A stretch of DNA of 64,000 nt from Parasitella parasitica NRRL 2501 (taxonomy: Eukaryota > Fungi > Mucoromycota), in contig MU619249.1 in NCBI GenBank assembly GCA_025201805.1, forward strand, positions 233,109 to 297,108, in the 5' to 3' direction. The notes below the pieces were generated by a model, which saw only the letters and a program-made list of their open reading frames with translations, had not been told where the DNA came from and made no database searches. Below, one piece after another: positions 14,009 through 26,942 of this stretch. Numbering within the stretch: the stretch's first letter is position 1; the number at the start of each line of letters is the position of its first letter. The position numbers and the translations under genes were made by a program.

Positions 14009-15648
14009 TTAATTTTTCAGCGAATCTATATACATTTTGTATCGATTCCAAAGCAATAATTGTTGTTTAGCTTCTTGTGCTAATTTAGCTTTTTCAGTCT
14101 GTACGCGCACCATTTCCTGATGTTGCGCTGTTTGTTCAGCCTGTACCCTGTTCTGTTCTTCGGTCAACTTTTGTCTTTGTTCTGATAATACTTGTCTTTC
14201 AACCAAAATCTTCAATGATAATTTTCCCCCGCTCTATTAAGAAATATGAAAATCTTGTTTATCACACAAATATCCGCTTTGATATACCTTCTCAATCTTT
14301 TTACTAATATTTCCATGCTTCTCAAACAAGTCAGATTGACATTTAAAGATCTCAACCATAGTATGATCTACGTATTGATGAGATATTACTGTTTTTATTC
14401 AAATAACCTCAAATCTTACCTTGTCTTTCCAATGGGATCTTATTAGCATCTAAATCACCTTTAGGATATTGATAGATGTGATAAGGCAACAAACGTCTCA
14501 TAGCATCTTTTACTGAAGTGAATGGCTTTTCGTAATCAGGAAAAGTAACAGATTTGTGATCTGCTAATAATGACTCCACACATCTATGCGAAGATTAGAT
14601 TTATTAATAAACCCACACCTTTCCATTACATGGATATATACACACCTCTTTTTGACTTCTCGATGCTGAAGTTCCTCTTCTGGCAATCGCTTGGATAAAA
14701 TAGAGTCTGCTGGTGGAAGAGTTTTCTGTTGAAGAGGTACGAGAGGAAGCGTAGGTGGAATAGGCGAAGACTTGACGCTACCATCTTGCTGCTGTTGCTT
14801 TTGCTGTTGGGCAATCGGGGGAAAGGGGAAGAATGGATTGGGTACAGCACTGATGGGTGTGCTCGATGCAATTGTATTTGCTGTCATAGGCGTATTTGGA
14901 GAGGATCTGTTATCATAGCTAGTATTGATTGTAGTCTGTTGTTGTAGAGATTGTTGTAAGGCAAGTAATTGTTGCTGCGTTAACTGCTGCTGTTGAGGAT
15001 ATTGTTGCTGCAATTGTTGATATAATTGTTGTTGTAACAGTTGCTGACGTTTTTTGGAGTATTTTCCAGTTTTATTATATTTACGAGTCGATTTGTTATC
15101 ATTCTGCTGTTGCTCTAATTCTTCTCTTAATTTACGAGCTGTTTCATTCATGGCATCCGTTTCAGCAGCAGTAGGTTTAGGCGGTGTATCTAATGGATTC
15201 AATGATTCGTTCCTAGGCGCAATAGGTTTGATATCGTTCAACTTTTGTTGCACCTGTGGTTGTTGCTGCTGTTGTTGCTGTTGCTGTTGCGCATTCGCTG
15301 CTGCTGCCATTGTGGCAGCGTGAAGGGATTGAATTTCTTTCATAAGCTGATTGCGCTGTTTCTCATCAATGGCAGACACTTGCATATTATCAGGTAATTT
15401 GTATATAATCTGATCGCGTTTGCGAACCATAAGGACCTTTAAACCGGCTAGTGTAAGTTGTGTAATAATTTCTTCATCGTCGAGAGTAGTGGTGTTGGAT
15501 GTAGAAGTCGAGGATGAAGCTATATCATCTTTATTATCATTCTATAGGAAAATATTAACAATTACATTTAATAGATATTAAAATGACTTTTTACTTGTTG
15601 AACAGGAGAAACATCTTTCTTGCTATTATTATTGTTATTGTTGCTCAT
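14009..15648 (-). CDS. Q-rich protein with GLTSCR1/BICRA-type conserved domain and C-terminal coiled coil (multi-exon; 3' end uncertain)
   Basis: The exon at ~14421-14563 encodes DHKSVTFPDYEKPFTSVKDAMRRLLPYHIYQYP, matching the GLTSCR1 domain pattern. PolyQ tracts; ATG at 15648. Confidence 0.75.
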
Positions 15649-16227
15649 TTTTCTGTCTGTCTCGTCTCAAAAATAATAATTTTTTCGGTATAGTGAAATA
15701 GGATACTACTAGTTTGATGCCATCTTGGGACAGGCTACTATTTGAGAAATATTTTCACTGTGACTACTCGCAACATGTGTAATGATCATGGATCATCATT
15801 GCAATCGTGTCTTGATCATATATTAACCTCATTGAAGCTCTCCAGTATCAAACATGTAGGATGTCTTGTCGTTTATTCCAGTTATTTAAGCAATCTCTTC
15901 GAAAATTGCAGTAGATATAATCAATTTTATGTAGCATTCACTCCGCCAAATTGCTGTAGTTGCTAGGCAACCTTGATCCATATGTGTCTTTGAGATTACT
16001 TGAAGGATTGTATATTCTTTACTTATTTCCTCAGCTTCGTGTCTCAGCTTCACGATGTGTATGTATTCAATTTCTCTGGATGATGAAAAGATTGACTTGT
16101 ATCATGTTCAATTGTCGATTGTTGCATGCATATCTTCGTGCAATACAACTCCGCGTCTTCGGTGGCCTACAAATCCACATCAAAAGAATGACTACCAGCA
16201 TCCTTCTTCAAATTACTTTATACAAAA

Positions 16228-17158
16228 ATGTCTAGTAATAAAGATGAACAAGGAAAATGGAAAATATGGAATGAATTCAAAGCAACAGTTCTTGAATATG
16301 TGGGATCCGAAGAGGAACTAAGCAGCTGGGCAGACTCAGTTGTTCAAAGTATCTGGCGTCCAGTAGCTGTTGGCATTGTGATAGGTATACCAGCTGTTTG
16401 GGCAGCTTCCAGATTCATAATTGGTACCAGATATAAAACTGCTGGACATATACCGCCCGAGGTATTTGATAAAGCAACAAAAATAAGAGGAAAGGCGGTG
16501 GCAGTGGGAGATAGTGACAATTTCCGTTTGTATCATACGCCAGGATTTGGGTGGGGATGGATTAGAAATATACCAAAAACAAGAAAGGAGCTACAAAACC
16601 AAACAATTTCCATACGTATTGCTGGTGTGGATGCACCTGAAGGAGCTCATTTTGGCATGCCAGCGCAACCCTATAGCGCTGAAGCAAAACAATTTCTCAC
16701 CAAATTGGTGTTGAATAAAAGAGTGCAAGTGCAATTGTTGAGTAGAGATCAGTACAATCGAGCGGTAAGTTAAACGTTAAATACAGCAGCTTCGTCTAAT
16801 ACGTAATTGTGTGTAGGTTGCAATGGCGTATGTACGAAAGCCACCTCTCTTTTTCAAGAAGAACGTATCTGCGGAAATGTTAAAGGCAGGATTGGCAAGT
16901 ATTTATGTAGCTAAAGGTGCCCAGTATGCTGGCTTGTTAGATCAATTGAAGAAATATGAAACTAGAGCAAAGTATGTGTATATCTTGGATCATGAATATT
17001 CAACAGCTAAATGTTATATTAGATTGTTTAAAAGAGGTATTTGGTCATTAAAAAAATATGTGTCTCCTGGTGATCATAAAGCAAAGTACGGATCATCTTT
17101 ATTTCTTTTTCTTTTTTTATTAACATGAATCTACAGGCATCTTGGTGGTGGTAAATAG
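16228..17158 (+). CDS. LCL3: Staphylococcal-nuclease-like endonuclease, LCL3 family (4 exons)
   Basis: N-terminal TM helix, VGDSDNFRLYHTPG, IRIAGVDAPE, RDQYNR and KRGIWS. Confidence 0.9.
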
Positions 17159-17214
17159 ATATTTTCATTCACAATCTTGGTTCCACTTAAGCTTATTTTG
17201 GTTTGATCAGAGTA

Positions 17215-18083
17215 TTATTTCTTTTTGAACATTTTGGCTTGTAGTTTTAAAAACTCTTCTTCTGATGGCATATCTGGCTCCTTTCTCTTTTTACCATATT
17301 TCCCTTCTATAGAATCAATAATAGAATTCATTTTTGCGTTTCTCTCCTTTGATCTATTTTGTATCAGTGCTAAAAGTGAAGAATCGTCTTGGGCAGTCTT
17401 TGATTGTTTCTTCTTCTTTTTGTCTTTCTCCTGCTGCTTTGCAAATACAGCTGCTTCTTTTTTCTCTGCATCAATTCGTCTTTGATGAGCTTGCGATGTT
17501 GTAGTCTTATTAAATATCCTGAAAATTGGCACAGCCTTTTCATCTATGGCTGCGCGGATCATCTTTGCAAACCTTTCTCCATCTGCTGCCGAGGAGCACT
17601 CAACAGACTGAAGGATATGATCCATATTTCCCTTGCAAGACACATACGTAGCTAGCAAGTCCTTTTTTTCCTCCTCAGAACCTTGTTTTTCTTCCATCAA
17701 TACCGAATTTATACTATAGCACTCCTCTTAATAAACTCACCTTGATACTTTAACTTTTGCGCTTCAATGGTCTCCATATTTACAACTCCTGTCCATAACT
17801 CTTTAAAATAAGCATTCCAATCTTTATCGCCTTCAAATTCACTATCATCCATATTTCCAGTTCTGTCATAGCGTTCTTTACGCTTGGGATCACTGAGCAC
17901 AGCATAGGCCTTACCCAGTTGCTGAAAGGAGGCGTTGGCTTGTTCTTTTTGTTGATCAGTTGCATCGATAGGCTGCTTATCAGGATGGTATTGTAACGCA
18001 AGCTTGCGATACGCCTTTTTTATGTCACCTAGAGTAGTATTCTCTTTGTCTAATTGCAAAAGCCTGTAACAATCAATTGTCAT
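17215..18083 (-). CDS. J-domain protein, DNAJC9-like (2 exons)
   Basis: J domain IKKAYRKLALQYHPDK; YQGSEEEKKDL; C-terminal SLLALIQNR...IEGKY...PSEEEF as in DNAJC9. Confidence 0.9.
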
Positions 18084-18899
18084 GTTTGAAAAAAAGAAGT
18101 AAGTTCGAGGTATAAATTTGTGGCGCCCAGGCTTTTATTGAAACTGAGCATTTCTCAGTTTCATGAAGCCATTTAAATGCAACGCGGCTTACTCTATCTG
18201 TGATCCCAGCATTTTAAACATCTTGCAAGCGCTTCAATAGACAAGGAAAATAAGTAATTTTGGATAAACGTCTTCTTCTGTCAGCTGGATATATGTAGAA
18301 TAAAATGCTTAAACATTCTTATTTTTATACGCTTTCCTGACTCAAAAACAGCATGGATTATCTCAATCAAAGATTTTGAGCAAAGTTTGCAGAAGTCTTG
18401 ACTTCGCATCAAGTCAATAAATGATAAATAGCTCAATTTGTATGATTTGATGACAATTTTTGACATGTTTACACGCTACAACCGAGAGATAATTTCTGAG
18501 CATTTGGCCATGTTCAAAGACAACTATTTGCACAAGCAATGAAACTACTTCGATAAAATAACACATAGCTAAAAAGGCATATATGAGTGATTATTAAATG
18601 TGTTCTGGAGGGATTGTTGTTGCTGCAGATGGCGATACTCGTTGATTATTCAGAGGTATTGACGGATAATTTTGGACACCTTTGGATATTCGGCTTTAAT
18701 GCTATCCTCTATTTAGATATAAGGATAGCTAAATTTATTTAGAGTGATATACAAACAATTTAGAAGAGGAAAAGAAGGCAAGTGAGAAATAATAAACTAT
18801 ATTATATACAAAAAGGTAATAAAGAGAGAAGGTATTTGCTAATGTTGTATGGTATTTGGGTTCCTATTATACGTTGCTTGCGTATATACCATGCTGATT

Positions 18900-19973
18900 T
18901 TAACGAAATTCAAAGTTTCCAAACTGGTTTGCAGGAATATGCTCCAAATTCAGTTCCTGAAACCAATCCTTGTGATGGCGGAAAAAATAAAAGCCTCTGA
19001 TACTGTTAGTTGAACGCTGATAACAAACGTAATAAAAGCCAGCAAAGCTAGCGCCATGGATTGCATTAACATGATGATTAGGGACTAAGAAGGTCTCCTT
19101 CCATCGCATGTAAATGAAATCATCATTAGCTTTAAAATCATATGTGAAATCATCGCGGTTGAATTTATCGACGTAAGGCTTGAAAGAAGGGAATCTTTTC
19201 TGTGAACATATACATTTGCGTTAGTAGAGAAAAGTTGCAGTCATTTGACATTTTTACCCAATGCAAAAGATCGCTCTGCTGATCTGCTTGCCACTTGCGA
19301 GTATGAAAAGAGTGTTTCGGGCCAATAATCTCGGCATGGAAAAAAGTCTATGAAAACAAGTTAGCTACATGATGGCACAAAGACACACATAACCATTGAT
19401 GAGATCCACATACTGTAAGCTCCGGGAATTCGCTAGTTAATCCTTTGATCTTCAAGTAGCCACAAAGTGAACTTTCCTTTATATCCACATGCTGCATAAG
19501 CAAAACAACGCAAAAATAAGTCATCTATACCATTGTATATGTAGACACACAAGAGTTTACGTTGTTGGATCACTTACGAGTAACTCTACATTCACTTCAT
19601 AACTGGCTGTCCCACATTTCTGAGTGCCATAGAAGACTGAGCCAGCATACAACCCACCCACACACACAGGACGAAGTCTATCCTCGTTCAAGTTTACAAC
19701 TCTATCGTCGCCTTCACGCCTTGCATGGAGCAATACCACCTTACTGATTGTCTGGGGACATGATTTTACATGTTGTTTTGTACTGTAATTGACTTCAGTT
19801 TCCATAGAATTGGTATCAACGAGATTGTTTTGTGCTTTGATGTGCTGTTTGCATTTTGAATCCTCTTGATCACCATTCTCGAATTGTGGAGTTGTGATGG
19901 TGATCACTGGAAGCTGAACAGCAATGCTATTATTGCTTGAAGCAGAAGGGGTTACAACAGATGGAATTGGCAT
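18900..19973 (-). CDS. VID24: GID4/Vid24 substrate receptor of the GID/CTLH E3 ligase (multi-exon)
   Basis: [49 protein letters not shown] and FQELNL. Confidence 0.9.
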
Positions 19974-20246
19974 AGCTTTATGTATAGAGAGAAAAACAAA
20001 ATAAAAAAAAACGGCCTCCTTTTCTTTCTTTCCATTTTATCCCCTCAAAGATTGCTGTTTATGGCAACCACATTATATCATCAGGTCCTGTTGTATAATC
20101 TATAATTGGTCAGGTTGCCGACTCACGCAGCTCTATTTAATATGCAGCATAATGTGAGAGAGGGTCACAAAAACCTGGCTGTTTTTTTTTTCGCACAAGA
20201 AACGAACGAGGAAATCTTCTCTTGCCCATCTCAAAAAAGAATTGAC

Positions 20247-20975
20247 ATGGACATGGACATGAACTTTGAGAGCCAAGAAGAGCCAGTTCAAGAGCAAGAT
20301 CAAAAGCAGCAAGTTAGATTTATTACAAGCTAAACATACAGAGACATGTAAATTAAAACAAAAAGATGGTTGTGTAGAAATTGCATGCGGCTGTGTGGCA
20401 TCAAGTTGATCAAATAGTAAAAGAACAAGGTGCTAACTCAAGATATGAACAACACTTGTCGCATACATACTAACATGAACTGCGTTCATAGCTAGACAGT
20501 TAAGAAAAGATGCGTCTGAAGCGTTTGTAGCTTCATTGGCAGAGATACTGATGGCTCAAATACGTAAATTATTCTAGCAGAACTGCCTTTTGAGCCTACA
20601 TTTATTCACTAATTTTTTTTTCTTACTGTGTAGAAACTATGGCAACCGATCTTGAAGCATTTGCAATGTAAGTAGGGCTTGCGATACTCAAAGGCTGTCA
20701 CTCAAAACAAACTTAGTCATGGTAAAAGAGCAACTATATCTATGGAAGATGTCAAGGTACTGCTGCATGTGTAGACATTTTGTGGGTCAATGGGGAATTT
20801 TATTAACGTCTGTTGCTTTTAGCTGTGCTCAAGACGTAATGATAGCTTGGTAAGTTAGCTGGTAAAATTGTTTTCATGTAAAGCAAAATTGCAAACATCT
20901 CTATTGTAGTATCAATTGATATCAGATGCAGCAAACGAAATATCTAAAGATTCGAATAGCAGGAAAAAAAAATAG
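20247..20975 (+). CDS. MHF1: CENP-S/MHF1 histone-fold protein (about 7 small exons)
   Basis: Spliced translation KLHAAVWHQVDQIVKEQ...FVASLAEI...ATDLEAFA-HGKRATISMEDVKLCSRRNDSL; stop TAG 20973-20975. Confidence 0.85.
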
Positions 20976-21017
20976 TCTTTTTTTTTGTTTATTTTACTAT
21001 ATATTAAATTTAAAATT

Positions 21018-21557
21018 TTACAAGAGTTTACGGTTATCTTCGTTATTGATATGTCTCATTTGTTCACGAAGGTCATCAGCATGAGTACAACCAGCAGCAT
21101 TTTCATTGCTGTTTCCTACGCCTGGGAATAAGCCTGTTACGGCGCCTGCAAGACGAGTAAGTTGTTGTTGCTGCTGTTGCTGCTGCTGTTGCTGTTGAAT
21201 GTCATGCTCAGCAGATGAACTACGCCTCTGTTTCTCTTCTCCTGTGGCAGCTGTCTCTTGCTCAATCAATGGCTTATCAGAAGTTGATGCGATGGAAGAG
21301 GTAGAGCTTCTGCGGGCTTTGTGTTCTCGCCGTTCATGAACCACGTCTTTAACAAAGCCTGCCACATCCTTTACATAACCTACCAGGCCTAATTTCTCGG
21401 GGGAAAGACTGTGTTGAGCAAGTCTATTGCTTTCATTTGTGGAGGCTTTGGCGGTATGAATGACATGAGTGTGCTCGTACGGTGTCTGATCTGGAGCGAG
21501 TGCCATGTCAATAGGCATATGTTTTGGTAATTCATTTTGTTGGTTTTGCTGTTCCAT
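21018..21557 (-). CDS. Hypothetical hydrophilic protein, 179 aa, single exon
   Basis: Open ATG-initiated ORF with coding-like composition, polyQ and RRSS motifs. No recognisable domain. Confidence 0.65.
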   Translation of the reverse strand: MEQQNQQNELPKHMPIDMALAPDQTPYEHTHVIHTAKASTNESNRLAQHSLSPEKLGLVGYVKDVAGFVKDVVHERREHKARRSSTSSIASTSDKPLIEQETAATGEEKQRRSSSAEHDIQQQQQQQQQQQQLTRLAGAVTGLFPGVGNSNENAAGCTHADDLREQMRHINNEDNRKLL

Positions 21558-21854
21558 AATATTTCTGTTGTTTTTTCTTTAAATGAAAAAAGAAGAACAG
21601 AAAAAGGAAAACACCCCGGGCTTCCTCTTAACTTGAGTGATTCATGCAAAATACAAGAGATAGCGCGCTTATATTATTATAAATATGACATAATGGCCGG
21701 CTTAATAGTATAACCATGAACGCTTGAAGTTTTAAAAAAAGAAAAGTGAAGACAAGCTTTTTTTTATTAAAGACTCTAGCAGAATATAATGGGATTATTA
21801 TTGATAAATTATATAAAATGGCAATACGAAGAAATTATTATAAATTACAAAAAT

Positions 21855-23299
21855 TTAAAGCAAGTATAGTGTAAACATGAATACAGCTGCAGCAGAAACC
21901 AAAGTAGAGCAAGACACAGATGATCTACTATGCATGGCAGCGCTTGCGTGAGCATTGTTTACGGCAGAGACTTGGGATTGGGTAGCGGAGGGAGCAGCAG
22001 GGGCGACAGTGACGCTTGATGTGGCAGCGGGAATGGCAGACGAGCTGACAGCAGTACTGTTGATGGCGGGAATGACGTCTGATTCCTTGTAGGAAGGTAC
22101 GCCTGCACATTGGCCAACGGTAACTACTTTGTAAGCTTTCTGAAGTTGGGGTAGGTTTCTGATGGCAGCATCTACAGTGACTTTTTGGATGTCATGTTCG
22201 AGTGAAAGGCCACCAGAAGATGCAGTTGCTGCTTCGGCAACCCATTCAGTAAAGTTACCGTCAATCCATTCAACTTTGAAGCCAGGAGCATTTTCACCAA
22301 GCTATTACAACAGTTTTGTTAGTATACCGACGAGTTGTTTCAATACAATACATGTAATTACCATCCAATCGTTGGTATCATGATCCCAGATAACGGCTAA
22401 GCAAAAAAAAAAAAAAGGTTATTAATTGCGGATGCAGATGCAATCAGCGTGTATAGGATACTTACAAGTAAAACCAAGAGCATTACCGATATCTCTAACA
22501 CGGTTATCAATGTCACCGTATGGCTGTAATGCAAAAGGGGATTTAGTCGAAAAATCTTAGAATGACATGTCTTATGCGGGTGATATTTACAGGTCTAAAT
22601 AATCTAGGGGACACGCCAGTAATTTCTTTAATGGCCAGTTCAGTCCATTTGAGTTCTGCAACGATCTCTTCGTTTGTCAGGGTAGTCATATAGTTGTGAG
22701 TCCAGGTATGAATAGCGATCTCATGACCCTCCTCATAAGCACGCATCACGGTATCAGGGTGTTGAATAACGTTGGCGCCGATCATAAACAATGTTGCTTT
22801 CTGATTTGTGGTTTTCAAAAAGTCGTATAATATAGGTGAGTATTGAGATGGTCCATCGTCGTATGTGAGGCCCCACATGCCTTTGGGACAATCACCAATA
22901 CTGTCTCCCATACAGCCAGATTTAGACCAGTCGCAAAAATCGTCAGTGCCGCTGGTGCTAGGTCCTGTTTTTGTGCATGAGTGAGCCGAAATGTCAAAAG
23001 TGCACAAATATATTCATTTTACCGTTATTGCCATTGGCTTTCAAGACAGGAGCATTGGTGATGTTTGTGCTTTTGATCAGATCCAGCCATTCAGGCTTGG
23101 CAACAGGCTTAGTGCCGTGAGCGGGGTAGCCACTGCTCAATTGACCTGGAGTAGATGTGGTGGATGTGGTGGATGTACTGGCTCCAGCTGCTGCAGATGG
23201 TGCGGCAGGCTCAGCCGATGAGGACGAAGAAGAAGTGACATTTTGTGCCTGAATGACCGAGATCAAGGTCAGAATTGTAGCAATAGATGTGAATTTCAT
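21855..23299 (-). CDS. Secreted, probably GPI-anchored chitin deacetylase (CE4/NodB)
   Basis: Signal peptide MKFTSIATILTLISVIQA; motifs WGLTYDDGP, HTWTH, LFRPPYGD, WDHDTNDW and LSLEHD; Ser/Ala-rich tail with hydrophobic C-terminus. Confidence 0.93.
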
Positions 23300-25165
23300 T
23301 CTTGTAGAAAGAAAGAGGCAAAATAGAGAATTAAAGGGAGCAAGAGTTCAAATATTATGATAAAACAACGAGAACGAGGAGTTGTGCTGTTATAACCACA
23401 CAATTCAGGGGATTTTATGTAAAAGAGTAAAAGAAAATAAAGAAAACAAACAAGTTTTTCTGCTCCTCTTTTTATAACCTTTTTTTTTTTTTTTTTTTTN
23501 NNNNNNNNNTCCTCAAATGTCTTAATAATCCTTATAGATAACAGCCATGTCCTGTCAGGCACGCATTTTGGGCTGATTATTTTATATTATCTTGTACTCT
23601 TATTCAGCACGGCTTGATTTAAACTTGTGTTACTTTTTGTCATTTTAAGCGAATAATGGGCTATTTTTGTCGTTTTTGTCTGTAAAAAGATGCTGTTTTT
23701 CCCGGGTAAATTACATTGCTGTACGCATTAACAAAAAAAGAAGTTGGAATCATGTTGTACGGATGCCCCGAGCTAAGCAACATGATTTTTATAAATATAA
23801 GCTTCCTACGCCCATTGCCTATTTTTTTTGTTGGGGTTTTTTTTTTATGAAAAAAAAAAAAAAAAAAAAAAAACTTGATACTAGTGGAATCAACTGTATA
23901 TTTTATTATACAACATTGACCTAATAGCCTCACGTGCATTGTCTCAATTTTAAACCATAATTTTTTGTATGCTTAGTTGAATCTATATACAGAGAGACAG
24001 CGCGCGTGTGCAGTGCAATGTATATTTATAGATTTCATCTATACGGATTTTGCTCAACCTTGTACTACTCTGTGTGGATTTTCTAAAAGCATGATAATTG
24101 ATTTTGGATGTTCAGCTCGCAGAAAAAACAACAGCTTTTTTTTTTTAGTGCAACGCAACGCAACCACAACACAACCAACGCCCTTGTATAACATACCAAC
24201 TGACAATTCATTGCAATACTCTCAGCCTGTTCTAAGCGCCGTATTGCCTTTTACACGGCTACTCGAATATTTAAACATGTATGTCCCTCTTATATTAAGA
24301 ATAAACGGCAATGCATCTCATCCTATATACATACAACTGTAGCCATTGCAGACTAAATATTTGGATGTCATGTACAAGTGCGTTTAGATGTCTACAAGGC
24401 AAAATTTATATAGCCGCCGAGCTACCGGCTTCTAGCATTAGATATACAGGACTCTGAAGGATTTCAATTGCTGCTCAGAGCACCATTTACAGCAAGCTAC
24501 ACCTCTGCCGACACAATGCACGAGATCGTGCACTCTCGAAACTGGTGAAATTATCTTTTTTCATGTCAATTGTAATTGATAATTCATTGTTTGTGTTTGC
24601 ATGAGCGCTGGCAGTGTGGCTGTCAATGTTTCTAAATAATACTTACTGGCATTTCCTAACCGCAATGCCGAACTTTGCTTTCCCTTACAATGTATTATTT
24701 CTACATACAATGCAAGCCAAGGTGATGCCATGTAAGGTGCACATATACATAGAACATGGAAGGAACATATGATGATAATGATACGTGTCTACAGATAACA
24801 AATATATAGCAAGCAGTATATAGAAAGCCTCCTGCTTTAATGTGGAAGGGTGATCACCATGTACCACATTACTTTTCTTGTAAAAGATAATATAAAAACA
24901 CATTGCTATCTCCTATTTTCTCTGTACTAACGAAACGTCGACACCACTGATGTGTACCTCTTTGCTTTTAGTTAATAGTTTTCTTAAAAAAAACCAACTT
25001 CATTACGTAACTCTTGACATCATAAAGATTTGGTCCCATTGGTCGATATGAAGACTTACTGACCGAGGAGCCTTTTTCTGGTGAATTTTTTCCAGGATAC
25101 TCTACATGTATATATATATAGGCAGGCGTTGGTGAAGCTTGCGTAGATTTTTCAAACAAATTACA

Positions 25166-25520
25166 ATGGCTTTCACTGCTTCGGATATATGTAAATTCGT
25201 TCTAGGTATACGTATATACACCATATGCAGATTCATCTGACAATGATAAGCTAACATCTTGTGATGACAAAATAGCGGTTGTTTTTCCTCCGCTAGGTGT
25301 ATTTGGCGAAAGAGGTATTATTTGTAAATCTTTGTTTTATGGAGCAAGATGACTTATTGTAATAGGGTGTGGTTCCGACTTACTCATCAACATTATATTG
25401 ACATGCTTGGGCTGGATTCCTGGTGAGTTTTCTCTTGCACACAGATATGCCATTTTTATTTACATTTTGTCCATTCGAACAGGAATCGTTCATGCTATAT
25501 ACATTATTTTTAAATATTGA
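25166..25520 (+). CDS. PMP3: Plasma membrane proteolipid Pmp3/UPF0057 (4 exons)
   Basis: Spliced sequence MAFTASDICKFVLAVVFPPLGVFGERGCGSDLLINIILTCLGWIPGIVHAIYIIFKY. Confidence 0.9.
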
Positions 25521-25820
25521 TCAGTGCTTTCCCCCTACAGTCATCTGTATACTAATACGGTAGTAGCATATTAATAAAAGTTGCCGATCAAATTGCAAAC
25601 ACATTTAGCTCTTATGACATGGAAAAAGAGAAAAAAAAAAGGTCTAAATTTTTAATCATCTATTTTGATTCTAACTTGAAGGGAGAGGGAGGACGAGGGG
25701 GATTTGTTCGACTATCCACAGAATGATCAAGGGGATTCTATATAGCGGTTATGAATTGAGATATGAGGAATTCTATTTACATGTACAAAAAGGGTATCGA
25801 AAAATAAAAGCATGGCATGA

Positions 25821-26555
25821 TCAGACCCTTGGAATGAAACTGGAATAGTTTACATTCATCGCGGACGCGGCAGCAGCGGCGGCGACAGAATTGGCTGCTG
25901 CTGCTGCTGCTATTGCTGCTGCTACGGAAGACGAAGAAGGGTGAAGTAGGCGATAGCGCGGGTGGAGATGTTGCTGCTGATTCTGATAGCAGACAAAGCT
26001 AGATTTCATGCTGTAGGGATGGTAATTTGCTGATCTCTTTTTCTCATGCAGCTTTCTATGCATCTGTTTGGCCAGCTTTAGCTCAGACATCCACTGCTGG
26101 CACTGTGCAGCCCATGAAAAGAACTGGGATTGGCGAACAAAGGTCTTGTAGTTCAAGGCTGAAAGGAACTCCATTTCCATAATGTTCAATTCAACCAGAG
26201 GCACGCTCGACACTTCAGACCATGATTTGTTTGTGAAGGTATTGTCATCGAGGAATTTATTGGCTAGGATAAGTGCAGTGGTAAACAAACGCACTTCGGA
26301 TCCCATCGAGGCTCGGATGGATGGATATGCCGTTCGCAGCTTATAAATATATAGCAACGCAACAAGCACGCATGGGCTGGAAACCTGTGTTGATTTGATC
26401 ATGTTTTGACAAAACAATCGAAACGAATTTGATCTGGCTGTGCCAGTGGTGGTGGTGGTGGTGAATGATGATCCAGCCCAGATTTTGGGCACCATGTGAG
26501 CAACAAACTCTGCCAATTGGATGGCATTTGAGCAAGACAGGATGGGATATGACAT
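25821..26555 (-). CDS. Pho85-type (Pcl/Clg1-like) cyclin
   Basis: Cyclin box VALLYIYKL, RLFTTALILANKFLDDNTFTNKSWSEVS and LNIMEMEFLSALNY. Likely ATG at 26555. Confidence 0.9.
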   Translation of the reverse strand: MSYPILSCSNAIQLAEFVAHMVPKIWAGSSFTTTTTTGTARSNSFRLFCQNMIKSTQVSSPCVLVALLYIYKLRTAYPSIRASMGSEVRLFTTALILANKFLDDNTFTNKSWSEVSSVPLVELNIMEMEFLSALNYKTFVRQSQFFSWAAQCQQWMSELKLAKQMHRKLHEKKRSANYHPYSMKSSFVCYQNQQQHLHPRYRLLHPSSSSVAAAIAAAAAANSVAAAAAASAMNVNYSSFIPRV

Positions 26556-26942
26556 GTCGTGAATGTGTGTGTGTGTGTATATGTGTGTATGTGAAAACAA
26601 GAGAGGAAGAAAAAGAAAGAGAGATGGTAAAACGCACTGCTATTTATACAGCATATGGGATATATATGTATAAATATAAATTGCATTTGTCCACATTATT
26701 ATCACTTGTTGTTGTTGTTATTACAAAAAAAGAGTATAATGTTCCGAATTTTACATTGATCTTTTTCTTCTCCTGCTGTGCTCCTTTGTCTAATTTCTAC
26801 GCTATAACAAAATGATCCCCCCCCCCCTTGTTTGGAGTTTGCCATTCCTGTAAACAACAGCAGGCTCATTTTAATGAAAATGGCGGGCTTTTTTTTTTCT
26901 TTCTATTATTGTTTTTTTTTGTCATTTTTAATACAAAGATAA

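Noticed and set aside
15717-16215. Possible decayed F-box/LRR gene (MPSWDRLLFE..., KHVGCLV, LFPQLR)
   Set aside because: Only vague resemblance across several frames; cannot be supported without a search.
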